From IMG/VR virus record IMGVR_UViG_3300006805_000023: a stretch of 64,000 bases of DNA, one strand, 5' to 3'. The translations under genes were made by a program, and so were the position numbers. The notes below the pieces were generated by a model. That model was not told where the DNA came from and made no database searches. It was given only the letters and a program-made list of their open reading frames with translations. This document shows positions 9,630-18,779 of this stretch, piece after piece; the first letter of the stretch is position 1, and each line of letters starts with the position of its first letter. The stretch is from a virus. Lineage: Duplodnaviria > Caudoviricetes.

Positions 9630-12600
9630 ATGAGTGATCCTTGGAACTGGTGCAACCCGCCGTCAGTTCCTTCCCTTGGGGAAGGGTGTCCACCTTGTTC
9701 AGGAACGGACGTCCTTCTAACCGCCAAGTATCAGCGTGACAACGCTAGCGGGTGGGGCTCAGGCCCCTCACGTTGCCTCTACCGGCTGATCTCAGCCCTC
9801 TGGCAACGCTACCACGTCCTAGGGCAAGCCAAGCCCGACTTCATCGAGAACGGGATCAGTTTCAAGGCTGGCTCCGAACTCTTCTTGAAGACCGTGGCAC
9901 TTAGAAACGGCTACGGTGAACAGCTGGCTCAGGTTCACCAGCGCATTTTGGAGGTTGGCCTGAGTTTCGCCAACCTCGATGGCACCCAGGTTACTCGACA
10001 GGACATGCTCGGATGGGGCGTCAAGGAGTCGCCCCCAAGCTACCCGGACGACTGCACGGGAGCCCTACGGGCGCTATGGAACCTGCGCTACCGCAAGGCA
10101 ACCGCCTTGCAGGTCTCTGGCGTCTTCAAATACTGCCCGTTTGATCGGAAGGGCATGGTCTCGCTCCAATGGAAGGTGCCGAGCTACATCAACTGCCGCA
10201 GGCTCGTGAATCCGCGACTGGTGTCGGCGTCGGCCACCCAAGGAACCATCACACTGTCCGGAGACGACAACTCGTTTATCCAGGTGCTGTACCGGCTCGA
10301 CCGGCCCGCCAACGCCTTTGTGCGTCAGATCAATGGAATCACACGCGTCACCCAGACCACGGGTCGCTACCTGCGCGCTTACGCCCCCAACCATTTCGAC
10401 GAGCGCCTGTATGTGGAGCGCTCTGAGCTGTCTTTCGCTACCGATGAATCAGGCAGTCTGGAGCAACAGCTTCTCACAGCCAGGCACTACATCGGGCCAC
10501 AGGCAGCCGTTACAGGGTGGAACGAGTCTCATTCCTCGGATGAGATCTCCTCCGAGGACCTCGTGCTGGCTGGGACCGACCCGGCCTTAGGCGTCCACAT
10601 CTACCCAGGGCTGAACGTCCTGATGGCTCCAGTCGATCAAGCCTATTCTGGGTTTGCGTGGCGGTTGGAGGGGAACGTAATCAAGAGGCTGGGAGAACCA
10701 GCTGACGTTACTCGGAACGTCAAGGAGGTGCCGTGGAACCGGTTGTTGTTCATGACTGACAACTCTGGGAACATGGACTTCTCGGATTTCACAAAGCCTG
10801 AATACAACGGCAAGCCCTGGAACGATCTGGACCTGATGGAGGCGGTGTTCTCCAGCTCGAACGAGCCCTTCATGACCATCGGAGGCCTCACTTACACGAA
10901 CCGAGGATCGGTGCCGTGGATGGTGCCTGGAGTCGATCAGGTGGACTTCGTGGTAGAGGGTGTGACGGTTGAGATCCCGTTTGATCAAGACGATGCCATA
11001 GGTGACGTCCCGGCGTTCGAAACTGGATTCTGGGCTCAACCGCGTCTGGTCATTATCCAGCGCTCCCCCACGGTGCGCGGATCGCTTCGAGCATGCTTTA
11101 CCGCGCCGGTTTACGAGGGCGACTCGCCGGACCCGTTGTCATGGACCGCCCGTGTTATCTGCAAGGACTCTCCGTTCAACCAGCAGGTGCAGCAAGTTGG
11201 CGGTGGAGTGCTGGTCAGCGACCTCACCTGTTTTAGCTTCGCCCTACCAGGGTTCCTGTCGGATGGCTCATTGCGGGCTGGCACCCTCAAGCTGGAGGTG
11301 CTGTTTTCGAACGGGCGCTCGTTGTCCGACTTTGTTCAGGTGTGCTCCCTCATTCCAGGCGGGGCGTTCGACCTGCCAAGCTCCAGCTCCAGCCATTCCT
11401 CGGAGTCATCACAACCGATCCCGCCGTGTCAAGAGGAGTTCGTGCGCCGGATGGTCGGTTACGAGTTTCTGAATTCAGACGCGATCGGACCTTTTGCCGA
11501 CGTTCCCCCGCCAGTCCGTGTCGTGAATGGCTCGATTCACGGGGAGGATGGCGGTGCCTTGGAGGCGTATGGGCTCGTCAACTGCCCCAGCTTCATTTTC
11601 AAGCCGCAGCGGTCTAACTGGGACTCGCGTTGGCAGCTCGCCATCTTTCACTCGTTCATCTTCCTTCGGCCAGACTTTGACGCTAGGACCTTGCCGATCG
11701 TAGGGGAGGTCAATGAGCCAGGGCCAGACCCAGGAAACCCATCCCTAGGATTCTCGTCCGTGCATTGGGACATCGAGTTTTCCAACGAGACAGGCACGTA
11801 TGGGTTCATTGACTGGGAAAAACGTCGCGGTTTCCCTTATCCAGGCGGGAGAGTGTTCTTCCAAGACTGGGAGGGTGCCAGTAACCTTTACACGAACTGG
11901 AGACTGGGAAGGACACCGGTTGTTTATCACACCACCTATTGGCCTCTTAACCTAGTGACTGAGGCTCAGATAGCTCCACTCGCCTTTTACGACGCCATGT
12001 GCGTTGACTTGGAGATCACCGATGCTGTGCCAGCCATGCCAGTGTACAACACTGATCCGTTGCTTGTCGGAGAACTGTACGCAGCCTGGAGAACCTACAA
12101 CGCAAATCCAGGGCCTTACACTGTGTACAGCCCAGTGATAGTTGACGGTCACACCCGGTCCAGGTATGACGGCCTCACTCAGGCCGGTAGAGCAGCGCGC
12201 AACTTTATCCGGGACGTGCTGGGCTTCGACATGGGCAACCTGGACTTCGGAGACGGCTTTCCAAATGGAGTCCTTGGAAACTGGTTTGCATCTGCTGTCA
12301 TCATGTGCTCTGGTAGGACGCATCCGCGCCTAGTGCAGGTTCTGGGTAACGAGGAGTTTTCGTCTGATGAACGCGAGTCATCGGGAGGCCCGGACGAGCG
12401 TTCATCAAGCTCATCGTCCAGTCAGAGCAACGCCAGTTCCTCCTCCAGCTCTCAGAGTGTCGAGTGTACCAACCAGCCGTTGGCCCCGAATCTGAGCATC
12501 TTCAACTGGATGCTCTATGAGATCACCGATCCAGTGAGAGCAAGCTGGGACCCGCGCTGGAGCCTGCATGTGGTGCACCGTCTCACGCTCAGCTCGACCG

Positions 12601-13919
12601 ACCCGACGTTCAACCCGATCGAGTGGGGCGAGAGGATCGTGGACGAAAAGCCGAACATGCACTACCAGTATGACGGACCCGGAAACGGTCTCTATCTGGC
12701 GTGGTATGCTTCGTTCCCGCTTGAGGCTGGCACCGTGCAGACTGCCGCCCTGTCGGCGTCCCGGTCTCTATTTGATCCGCAGGCACCACCGGTCCCACAA
12801 GGCAGCCCTGGACCTAATGGCCTATACGAATCGTACATCATTCAGGATGCCAGCGAGGCAGACTTCAAGTCCTTCTTCCTTGGCCTTGGAGTTGACATCG
12901 ACAACATCGACCTCAGTGGTGGCGTCGCCTCGTTGATGTGGGAGGCCTACAGCGAGGTCACTCTGGCATGTCCTGGCTGGTCTCCCTCGCTGCCGTCCGG
13001 AAGCGTTGCCCTGCAGACCTCGTCGAGTTCTTCCCTCAGCGTCCCAGAGACATCATCGTACAGCTCGGAAAGCTCTGCATCATCTGGCAGCTCTCTATCC
13101 GAGGCAAGCTCGTCATCATCGTCCAGCTCACAATCCGAGCTTAGCTCAAGCTCTTCGTCCTCCAAAAGCTCCCCCACATCAGACAGCTCGATATCCGAGT
13201 TGAGCTCGGCGTCGTCCAGTTCCTCCAGTTCCTCCTCGTCCCACAGCTCCTTGTCGGAAATCAGCTCAGCCAGCTCCCTGTCCTCCCTAAGCTCGTTGTC
13301 TGAGGCAAGCTCATCAAGTTCGTCCTCGAACTCCAGCTCCTCCTCCTCGAACTCCTCTTCGTCAAGCTCCACGGTGTGCGCCAACCAAACCCTGGCAGCG
13401 GTGTCCTCCCCCAACGGACATGCATTCAGGCATGATATCACCAACCCAGCTCTGGTTGACTGGCACCCAAGCTGGAAGTTGTCGCCGGTGTTCCTGTTTA
13501 AGTTCTCTGGGTCCTTCACCAACGCAAGCAGCGTTGTGACCTCCTACAACTGGGCATCGCGCATTCCTGGGTCTCCGCCGACCGGGTGGTCGTTTGTAGT
13601 GGTTGAAGGTGAGTTGTTCGCGACTTGGTCACGCCTGCTGACTCCGGACTTTAGCCAGACCTACCAGACGGCGGCCTTAGCCACCGTGGACGCCATGTTT
13701 GCGGCCTTGATTTCCGGATCTTCTGGATCGGATGGCAACGGCGGCTTCACGAAGTATCAGTGGGCTGCCAGTTCCACCGGAGCAAGCCGACTCGACTTCG
13801 TCACGAACACTATGGGGTTGAGCATGTCTGGTCTGAGTGGGTCAGCTCCAGGGACTTGGTTCAACGACTACAACTTCCCGGTGACGTTGTGGACCTCAAC
13901 CAACCGCTTCACCTGTTAA
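9630..13919 (+). CDS. Large (about 1429 aa) putative virion protein with poly-Ser linkers and repeated modules
   Basis: ATG at 9630 after recA stop; three Ser-rich tracts each followed by a Cys-led module. Confidence 0.7.
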   Translation: MSDPWNWCNPPSVPSLGEGCPPCSGTDVLLTAKYQRDNASGWGSGPSRCLYRLISALWQRYHVLGQAKPDFIENGISFKAGSELFLKTVALRNGYGEQLAQVHQRILEVGLSFANLDGTQVTRQDMLGWGVKESPPSYPDDCTGALRALWNLRYRKATALQVSGVFKYCPFDRKGMVSLQWKVPSYINCRRLVNPRLVSASATQGTITLSGDDNSFIQVLYRLDRPANAFVRQINGITRVTQTTGRYLRAYAPNHFDERLYVERSELSFATDESGSLEQQLLTARHYIGPQAAVTGWNESHSSDEISSEDLVLAGTDPALGVHIYPGLNVLMAPVDQAYSGFAWRLEGNVIKRLGEPADVTRNVKEVPWNRLLFMTDNSGNMDFSDFTKPEYNGKPWNDLDLMEAVFSSSNEPFMTIGGLTYTNRGSVPWMVPGVDQVDFVVEGVTVEIPFDQDDAIGDVPAFETGFWAQPRLVIIQRSPTVRGSLRACFTAPVYEGDSPDPLSWTARVICKDSPFNQQVQQVGGGVLVSDLTCFSFALPGFLSDGSLRAGTLKLEVLFSNGRSLSDFVQVCSLIPGGAFDLPSSSSSHSSESSQPIPPCQEEFVRRMVGYEFLNSDAIGPFADVPPPVRVVNGSIHGEDGGALEAYGLVNCPSFIFKPQRSNWDSRWQLAIFHSFIFLRPDFDARTLPIVGEVNEPGPDPGNPSLGFSSVHWDIEFSNETGTYGFIDWEKRRGFPYPGGRVFFQDWEGASNLYTNWRLGRTPVVYHTTYWPLNLVTEAQIAPLAFYDAMCVDLEITDAVPAMPVYNTDPLLVGELYAAWRTYNANPGPYTVYSPVIVDGHTRSRYDGLTQAGRAARNFIRDVLGFDMGNLDFGDGFPNGVLGNWFASAVIMCSGRTHPRLVQVLGNEEFSSDERESSGGPDERSSSSSSSQSNASSSSSSQSVECTNQPLAPNLSIFNWMLYEITDPVRASWDPRWSLHVVHRLTLSSTDPTFNPIEWGERIVDEKPNMHYQYDGPGNGLYLAWYASFPLEAGTVQTAALSASRSLFDPQAPPVPQGSPGPNGLYESYIIQDASEADFKSFFLGLGVDIDNIDLSGGVASLMWEAYSEVTLACPGWSPSLPSGSVALQTSSSSSLSVPETSSYSSESSASSGSSLSEASSSSSSSSQSELSSSSSSSKSSPTSDSSISELSSASSSSSSSSSSHSSLSEISSASSLSSLSSLSEASSSSSSSNSSSSSSNSSSSSSTVCANQTLAAVSSPNGHAFRHDITNPALVDWHPSWKLSPVFLFKFSGSFTNASSVVTSYNWASRIPGSPPTGWSFVVVEGELFATWSRLLTPDFSQTYQTAALATVDAMFAALISGSSGSDGNGGFTKYQWAASSTGASRLDFVTNTMGLSMSGLSGSAPGTWFNDYNFPVTLWTSTNRFTC

Positions 13920-16003
13920 GTGACGACCGGCCCCAGCTGAGAAGCCGACAGGTACTCCGTCATCAGTGAGTTGGTCTTCTCGATGCCAGAGAGAATGCGC
14001 TCAAGCAGAGTTTCCGACCTAAACTGCGAGGTGTTCGGTGAGCTGGCCTGGCTCTTGTCGTCCTGGCCCTTCCCTGGGTTGATGCCACGCTGCTTGACTT
14101 GCTGCTTGATCGCCATGGAGTCCTTCATGACTTGCTTGACTTCCATCTCCAGGCGCTGAGCCTCAGAAAACCGAGTTTCTGCTTCTCTGAGAGCTGCAGC
14201 ACTGTCTGAGGCCTGCGAAATCGCACGCTCCAGCAGGATCACCTGACCGACAGGGTTCTTTACGCCCTCCCAAACACTGCCGAGCACGCCCCTCCCCTTA
14301 GCACCGGCGATCTCCTGATCCTTCTGCTGGCCGGATTGCAGCGCCGTCGAAATGCCACCGATCGTGTACCCAGCGAGAACGGCCAGAGGGCCAGCGGCCC
14401 GCATCATTCCGCCAGCAGCAGCCGCACCACCAGTCGCGGCTGCCCCTCCAGTAGCGCCTCCAAGACCCATCAGGCTAGGCAACAGACGGCCAAGACCGCC
14501 AGCGCCTACCAGCTTAGACAACAACAGGGTGCCGCCAGCTATGGCTGCCCCTCCACCCAGATTACTTCCTATCCCGCCAACCGTCCTTGCAGTGTCTTGC
14601 AGGTCGGACCGCGAGACGTCCATCCCGATACTGTTACCGAGCTTAACCAGACGCTCCGCCATACCATCCCAGAAGGTGTTGATCTTAGCTCCGTACTGTT
14701 CGACGGCCTCACCCATGGTGCGCGTCGAGTCAAAAAACTCACGCATTTTGACCTCGCTCTTTCCGAGGTACGGATCAACGATCGACTTCCCGTCGCTGCG
14801 ATTCTCACTAAGGGCTCCCACGCGGGACGAGGCGTCCTTCATGGAGGCGTACTTTGAGATGTCCATGTCGAGCAGCTTAAGCCACTGCGAGGCCAGCTCC
14901 TGCGACCCGTAGAACCGATCTGACTGGTTCTGATTGTCGAACTGCAACTTGCCTGACTGGTTCTTACGGTACTCCTCCAGGCTGAATTGTGGGGCTTGCC
15001 TCTTCAGCATGTCCTCGACCAGAGTAGCAAGTTGCTCAGAGGCCTTTAGGTCGTTGTTCTTGGAGCGAGCCTGAAGGTTGTGAGCTGCGACCGGGTCAAT
15101 GCCGAGGACCGCAGCCGTCATAGCGTTGTCCTGCATTCCGTGGGCTCCCTCACGTGCCATCAGGTTGCCTGCATACTTCTTGAAATCGAAGCTGGCCCGT
15201 TCCATCAGGCCAGCCGTCGTGATGAGACGCTGAGCGTAAGAGAAGCGATCTTTCTTATCTTGCCTGTTGATCTCTTCGAGGTTGTTGGTCAGAACCGCAA
15301 ACGCCTTGTCACCATTGAGGCCGAACTCACTGGCTGCTTGGGCTATGGTGTTGAACAGCTTCTCGGTGGTGCCCTCATCGAACTGAAGGTCAGACAGAGC
15401 TGTCTTGAACATGGCCGCAGTCGAGGAGTCACTCATCCCAGACATGCGCTGCGACACCAAGGCAGCGTGTTCGAGGCGAGTGGCTTCCTGAGTCAGCCTG
15501 TTACGCGTGTTTGAGGCGTCGGCCAGCACATCCTCAAAGAAGCCACGTCCCATCTCGCGCACTCGGTCGCTGTGGTCCATCATGTTCCTACCGGCGGCCT
15601 TGTAGGCCGCGTCCATCCCGGCGATGATCTGAGACGCCCCCGACATCGACGTGCCGGTTAGAGCCTTAATAGCCTTTGCCTCGTCCTCAAGGGCCACCGC
15701 CCTCTGCTTGTACATTGTGAGGTTTTGCGTCGCTGCCGACATCCCACCCCTCAGCTGCTTTTGGATCTCATCATTCCAGGACACTGAGGTACGGATTATC
15801 TTGAGCAAGGAGTCAGTCAGCTTCCCAATGGCAGCTCTGGTCTTGCCGGTCCTCTCTTCATTATCCTCCAGTTCGTCGTTCAGCTCCCCCACTCCTCTGG
15901 CAGCATCGCGGCCATGACGAGCCAGAGGCGCGATGTTGTTACGAATGACCGGGGCGAGTGCCGCCAATTCGCGTCCTAGGTCTCCAATTTCAGTTACGAG
16001 CAT
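13916..16003 (-). CDS. Tape-measure-like / tail-associated protein
   Basis: Alpha-helical Ala-rich composition, Gly/Ala hydrophobic stretch near C-terminus; late motif upstream. Function inferred from composition. Confidence 0.5.
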   Translation of the reverse strand: MLVTEIGDLGRELAALAPVIRNNIAPLARHGRDAARGVGELNDELEDNEERTGKTRAAIGKLTDSLLKIIRTSVSWNDEIQKQLRGGMSAATQNLTMYKQRAVALEDEAKAIKALTGTSMSGASQIIAGMDAAYKAAGRNMMDHSDRVREMGRGFFEDVLADASNTRNRLTQEATRLEHAALVSQRMSGMSDSSTAAMFKTALSDLQFDEGTTEKLFNTIAQAASEFGLNGDKAFAVLTNNLEEINRQDKKDRFSYAQRLITTAGLMERASFDFKKYAGNLMAREGAHGMQDNAMTAAVLGIDPVAAHNLQARSKNNDLKASEQLATLVEDMLKRQAPQFSLEEYRKNQSGKLQFDNQNQSDRFYGSQELASQWLKLLDMDISKYASMKDASSRVGALSENRSDGKSIVDPYLGKSEVKMREFFDSTRTMGEAVEQYGAKINTFWDGMAERLVKLGNSIGMDVSRSDLQDTARTVGGIGSNLGGGAAIAGGTLLLSKLVGAGGLGRLLPSLMGLGGATGGAAATGGAAAAGGMMRAAGPLAVLAGYTIGGISTALQSGQQKDQEIAGAKGRGVLGSVWEGVKNPVGQVILLERAISQASDSAAALREAETRFSEAQRLEMEVKQVMKDSMAIKQQVKQRGINPGKGQDDKSQASSPNTSQFRSETLLERILSGIEKTNSLMTEYLSASQLGPVVT

Positions 16004-16007
16004 CGTT

Positions 16008-16014
16008 ATAGGTA
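16008..16014 (-). promoter_or_regulatory. Putative late promoter motif TACCTAT in a 15-bp divergent gap
   Basis: 4 nt upstream of ATG 16003. Confidence 0.55.
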
Positions 16015-16018
16015 ATGG

Positions 16019-17542
16019 GTGCTGGATCTCCCCGTGGTGTTTTTATTGGAAGCGATGAGCGATCTTACCAGTTTCACCCTCTTCAACACCCTGCAGCAGG
16101 GACTCGGCATCACCTTCTATATCGACTGGGAGTTGCACACGTTCATGCTCGGCAGTCTGGAAACTTCAACGTTCCAGGCCAGCCTGCTCCACCCAGATAC
16201 TGAAGCCTTGATCGAGAAGGGGTACCTGAGAAACGTCAAACCGATCGCTGACCAGATCGCCCCGCCGCAGCCTAAGCTGTCTCCGCTGGTGTGGGGAGGC
16301 GACTGGAAGCCAGGAGTCTGGAAGCGCGGCACTATGGTGCGTCACAACGGCGTGCTGTGGATTGCCAATCAAGACAACAGCACGGTGCCGTCCGTCATGG
16401 ACCAAACATGGGCACCAAGCGCCGGAGCCGGTGATGCAGCTGCTCACGCGGCAAGAATGGACAACCCACACGCCGTCACGGCTGACCAGACCGGCTCCAT
16501 CCAGACCAAGTCCCGTGGCGTTCCGGGTGGCGTGGCCCCGCTCGATCAGGGCGGGAAGATCGCCGCGTCTTTGCTCCCCGACCTGCTGCAGATCGCAGCC
16601 ATCCTGGAGACCTACCAACTCAGGCACCAACACAACACAGACAAGGGGCTCGATCTCGGCGGTGCCTACGAGGTGCTGGCGTCGGAGATCAAGCAACACC
16701 TTAACGACCGGACCACCAACCCGCACGCCGTCACACTATTGCAGCTCGGAGGCGTGGCAAGCACCCTCCTCGGAACTCCTGGCGGTGTGGCTACCCTCAA
16801 CGGATCTGGAAAGCTCACCGCGTCGCAGTTCCCAACGATGCGTCTGACCGATGTGTTTCTGGTTGATAGCATCGCCCAGCGCGACGCCTTGGCCTCCTCG
16901 CTCGGAGTGGGTGACACCGTGGTTGTTAAGTCCCCATACGGTGTTTACTTGTGGAACGGGGCGTCCTTCTCGACCATGACTGCTGGCATCAACGTGGTGT
17001 CGGTTAATGGTCGCACCGGCGTGATGATTGAGCTCACCTCAGACGACATGCCTGAGGGTGGAGCCAACCTTTATTTCACGAACGACAGGGTCGCGGCCTC
17101 GCCAGTCGTGGCAGCGCTCACCGCCAAAGCTCATGATCGCAACAAGGATTCGTTTCTTGATTATGGAGGCCCTACCCAAGTGTCGTCGTCCTCCCTGTAC
17201 GACCACTTGCGTTCCCAAAGCAACCCGCACCACGTCACCGCTGATCAGGCCGGAGCCCTCCCTAAGGTGATCGGATTTCGCGAGCTGAATGGCGACTATC
17301 AGGTAAACAACACTGACCTAGGCATGTGTTTGCGGTTTGTGGCCGGAGCCACGATCACCTTCGCCGCCGATCTGCAGGTCGGATTCCAGGTTACCGTCGC
17401 GTCAGTTAATGGTGCCACGTTGACCCTGCAGGACGCTGGTCTTGTTTCACGTGGAACACGTTTGAACCAGACCATGGCTGCGGCCTTCGTGTACAAGCCC
17501 GAGGCTGGAATACTGGAGGCTGTTGGGGACTTCTCGGCGTGA
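16019..17542 (+). CDS. Tail fibre-like protein with carbohydrate-binding-like motif (start may be ATG 16055)
   Basis: Three NPH(A/H)VT..Q.G repeats, GGVAPLD/GGVATLN motifs, VVSVNGRTG, WKRGTMVRHNGVLW resembling CBM5/12. Confidence 0.7.
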   Translation: MLDLPVVFLLEAMSDLTSFTLFNTLQQGLGITFYIDWELHTFMLGSLETSTFQASLLHPDTEALIEKGYLRNVKPIADQIAPPQPKLSPLVWGGDWKPGVWKRGTMVRHNGVLWIANQDNSTVPSVMDQTWAPSAGAGDAAAHAARMDNPHAVTADQTGSIQTKSRGVPGGVAPLDQGGKIAASLLPDLLQIAAILETYQLRHQHNTDKGLDLGGAYEVLASEIKQHLNDRTTNPHAVTLLQLGGVASTLLGTPGGVATLNGSGKLTASQFPTMRLTDVFLVDSIAQRDALASSLGVGDTVVVKSPYGVYLWNGASFSTMTAGINVVSVNGRTGVMIELTSDDMPEGGANLYFTNDRVAASPVVAALTAKAHDRNKDSFLDYGGPTQVSSSSLYDHLRSQSNPHHVTADQAGALPKVIGFRELNGDYQVNNTDLGMCLRFVAGATITFAADLQVGFQVTVASVNGATLTLQDAGLVSRGTRLNQTMAAAFVYKPEAGILEAVGDFSA

Positions 17543-17558
17543 TTTCTTGGTGGTTCCT

Positions 17559-17960
17559 ATGGAAATCTCCGCCTCAAACCGCCTCATCCAGCCACCCGAC
17601 ATCATCATCCCAGTCGGCAACGGCATCATCGTTAAAGACACTCAGCTGTTCTGCATCGGGAACACCTCAGCTGGTGGTATCGAAATCCCGGACGCCGCTG
17701 GCGACAAGAAATACGGCATCGGCGAAGTCGTCGCGGTCGGTCCTCGTTGCGTCGAAGTCCAGGAAGGTGATTGTGTCGTGTTCCAGATCGCCTCTGGTGC
17801 TGGCATGGACCCAATCCCGAACGGCACCAGCTACCCGACCCGCTTCAAGCTGGTCGAGACCAGCCTCTGCATCGTGTGCCGCATCCCGAAGACCAAGGTC
17901 GATGCTGAAAAGGCCAAGAAGGCCGCTGAAGCCGAAGCAGCTGCAACCGCAGCCAAGTAA
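17559..17960 (+). CDS. GroES/Cpn10-like co-chaperonin 1
   Basis: PVGNGIIVK, SAGGIEIP mobile loop, GEVVAVG, EGDCVVF. Confidence 0.8.
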   Translation: MEISASNRLIQPPDIIIPVGNGIIVKDTQLFCIGNTSAGGIEIPDAAGDKKYGIGEVVAVGPRCVEVQEGDCVVFQIASGAGMDPIPNGTSYPTRFKLVETSLCIVCRIPKTKVDAEKAKKAAEAEAAATAAK

Positions 17961-17987
17961 GGCACGCAACACGACCACCTCTCCCAC

Positions 17988-18464
17988 ATGAAGAAAATCC
18001 GCCCTCCACGTCGCTACCCAGTCATCACTGAACTTAACGGGGTCGCACCGACTCCCGACACGATTCTGGTGGCCGACACGGACAAGTTTTGCCTTGATCT
18101 GGGGGAGGAGGGTATCATGCTGCCAAACGCCCTGCGCACCGACTACGACCGCACCTTTGACATCGGTGTTGTCACTTCGGTTGGTTCAGGCATCGACGAC
18201 CTCAAACCGGGCGACGTCATCACATACCGAACATACGCAGCTTACCGGCTCCCCAACGGCCTGTTCCCGCCGTTCATGTTCAAGATCGACTACTACGCGG
18301 TGATCTGCAAGCTCGGCGAAGATCCTGATTACCTCGCCGAGGCACTCGCTGTCGAAAAACAAGAACTTGAGGCTCCTCCCGATGCCAAAAAAGAACCAGA
18401 GTCCCTCCTCATCCTCCCAGGTCAGGAAGGGTACCACCGCCCCACCGGCAAGATCGTCATCTGA
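17988..18464 (+). CDS. GroES/Cpn10-like co-chaperonin 2
   Basis: GIMLP loop, GVVTSVGSG, LKPGDVITY, VICKL. Confidence 0.7.
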   Translation: MKKIRPPRRYPVITELNGVAPTPDTILVADTDKFCLDLGEEGIMLPNALRTDYDRTFDIGVVTSVGSGIDDLKPGDVITYRTYAAYRLPNGLFPPFMFKIDYYAVICKLGEDPDYLAEALAVEKQELEAPPDAKKEPESLLILPGQEGYHRPTGKIVI

Positions 18465-18688
18465 TCCGGATCTGACCAAACGCTGGTTGCAGCTTGCTTG
18501 GCGCGACGGAGCATTCCTGAGGCTTGAGCTTCAACAGCAGCTTCTCCTGATGCTGGAGATCGACGGCCCGTCACACAACGTGACGGTGCGCAATCAAGCC
18601 CTGCAGCTCGCGTGGGACAATGGCGTGTTCCTGAAACGTGAGTTCGTTCTTCAACGAGGAGTCCTTGAATACCTCGTAAGGGCAGAAC

Positions 18689-18716
18689 TTGACAAACGTC
18701 AGGAACCTGCTATGTT
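18689..18716 (+). promoter_or_regulatory. Sigma70-like early promoter
   Basis: TTGACA-16-TATGTT with TGn extension. Confidence 0.6.
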
Positions 18717-18779
18717 GGACGCGCCTCAAGAGAACACTAAGCACAGGAAACCAAGTAAATAGCTATTTAGCCACCCCGA

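Noticed and set aside
12900-13380. Ser-coding tracts as a DNA repeat or CRISPR array
   Set aside because: Codons vary, with no fixed repeat-spacer period; this is protein low complexity.
18367-18762. ORF with internal repeat LQLAWRDGAFL / LQLAWDNGVFL
   Set aside because: May be a real small gene, but no convincing start codon could be assigned, so it is not listed as a feature.
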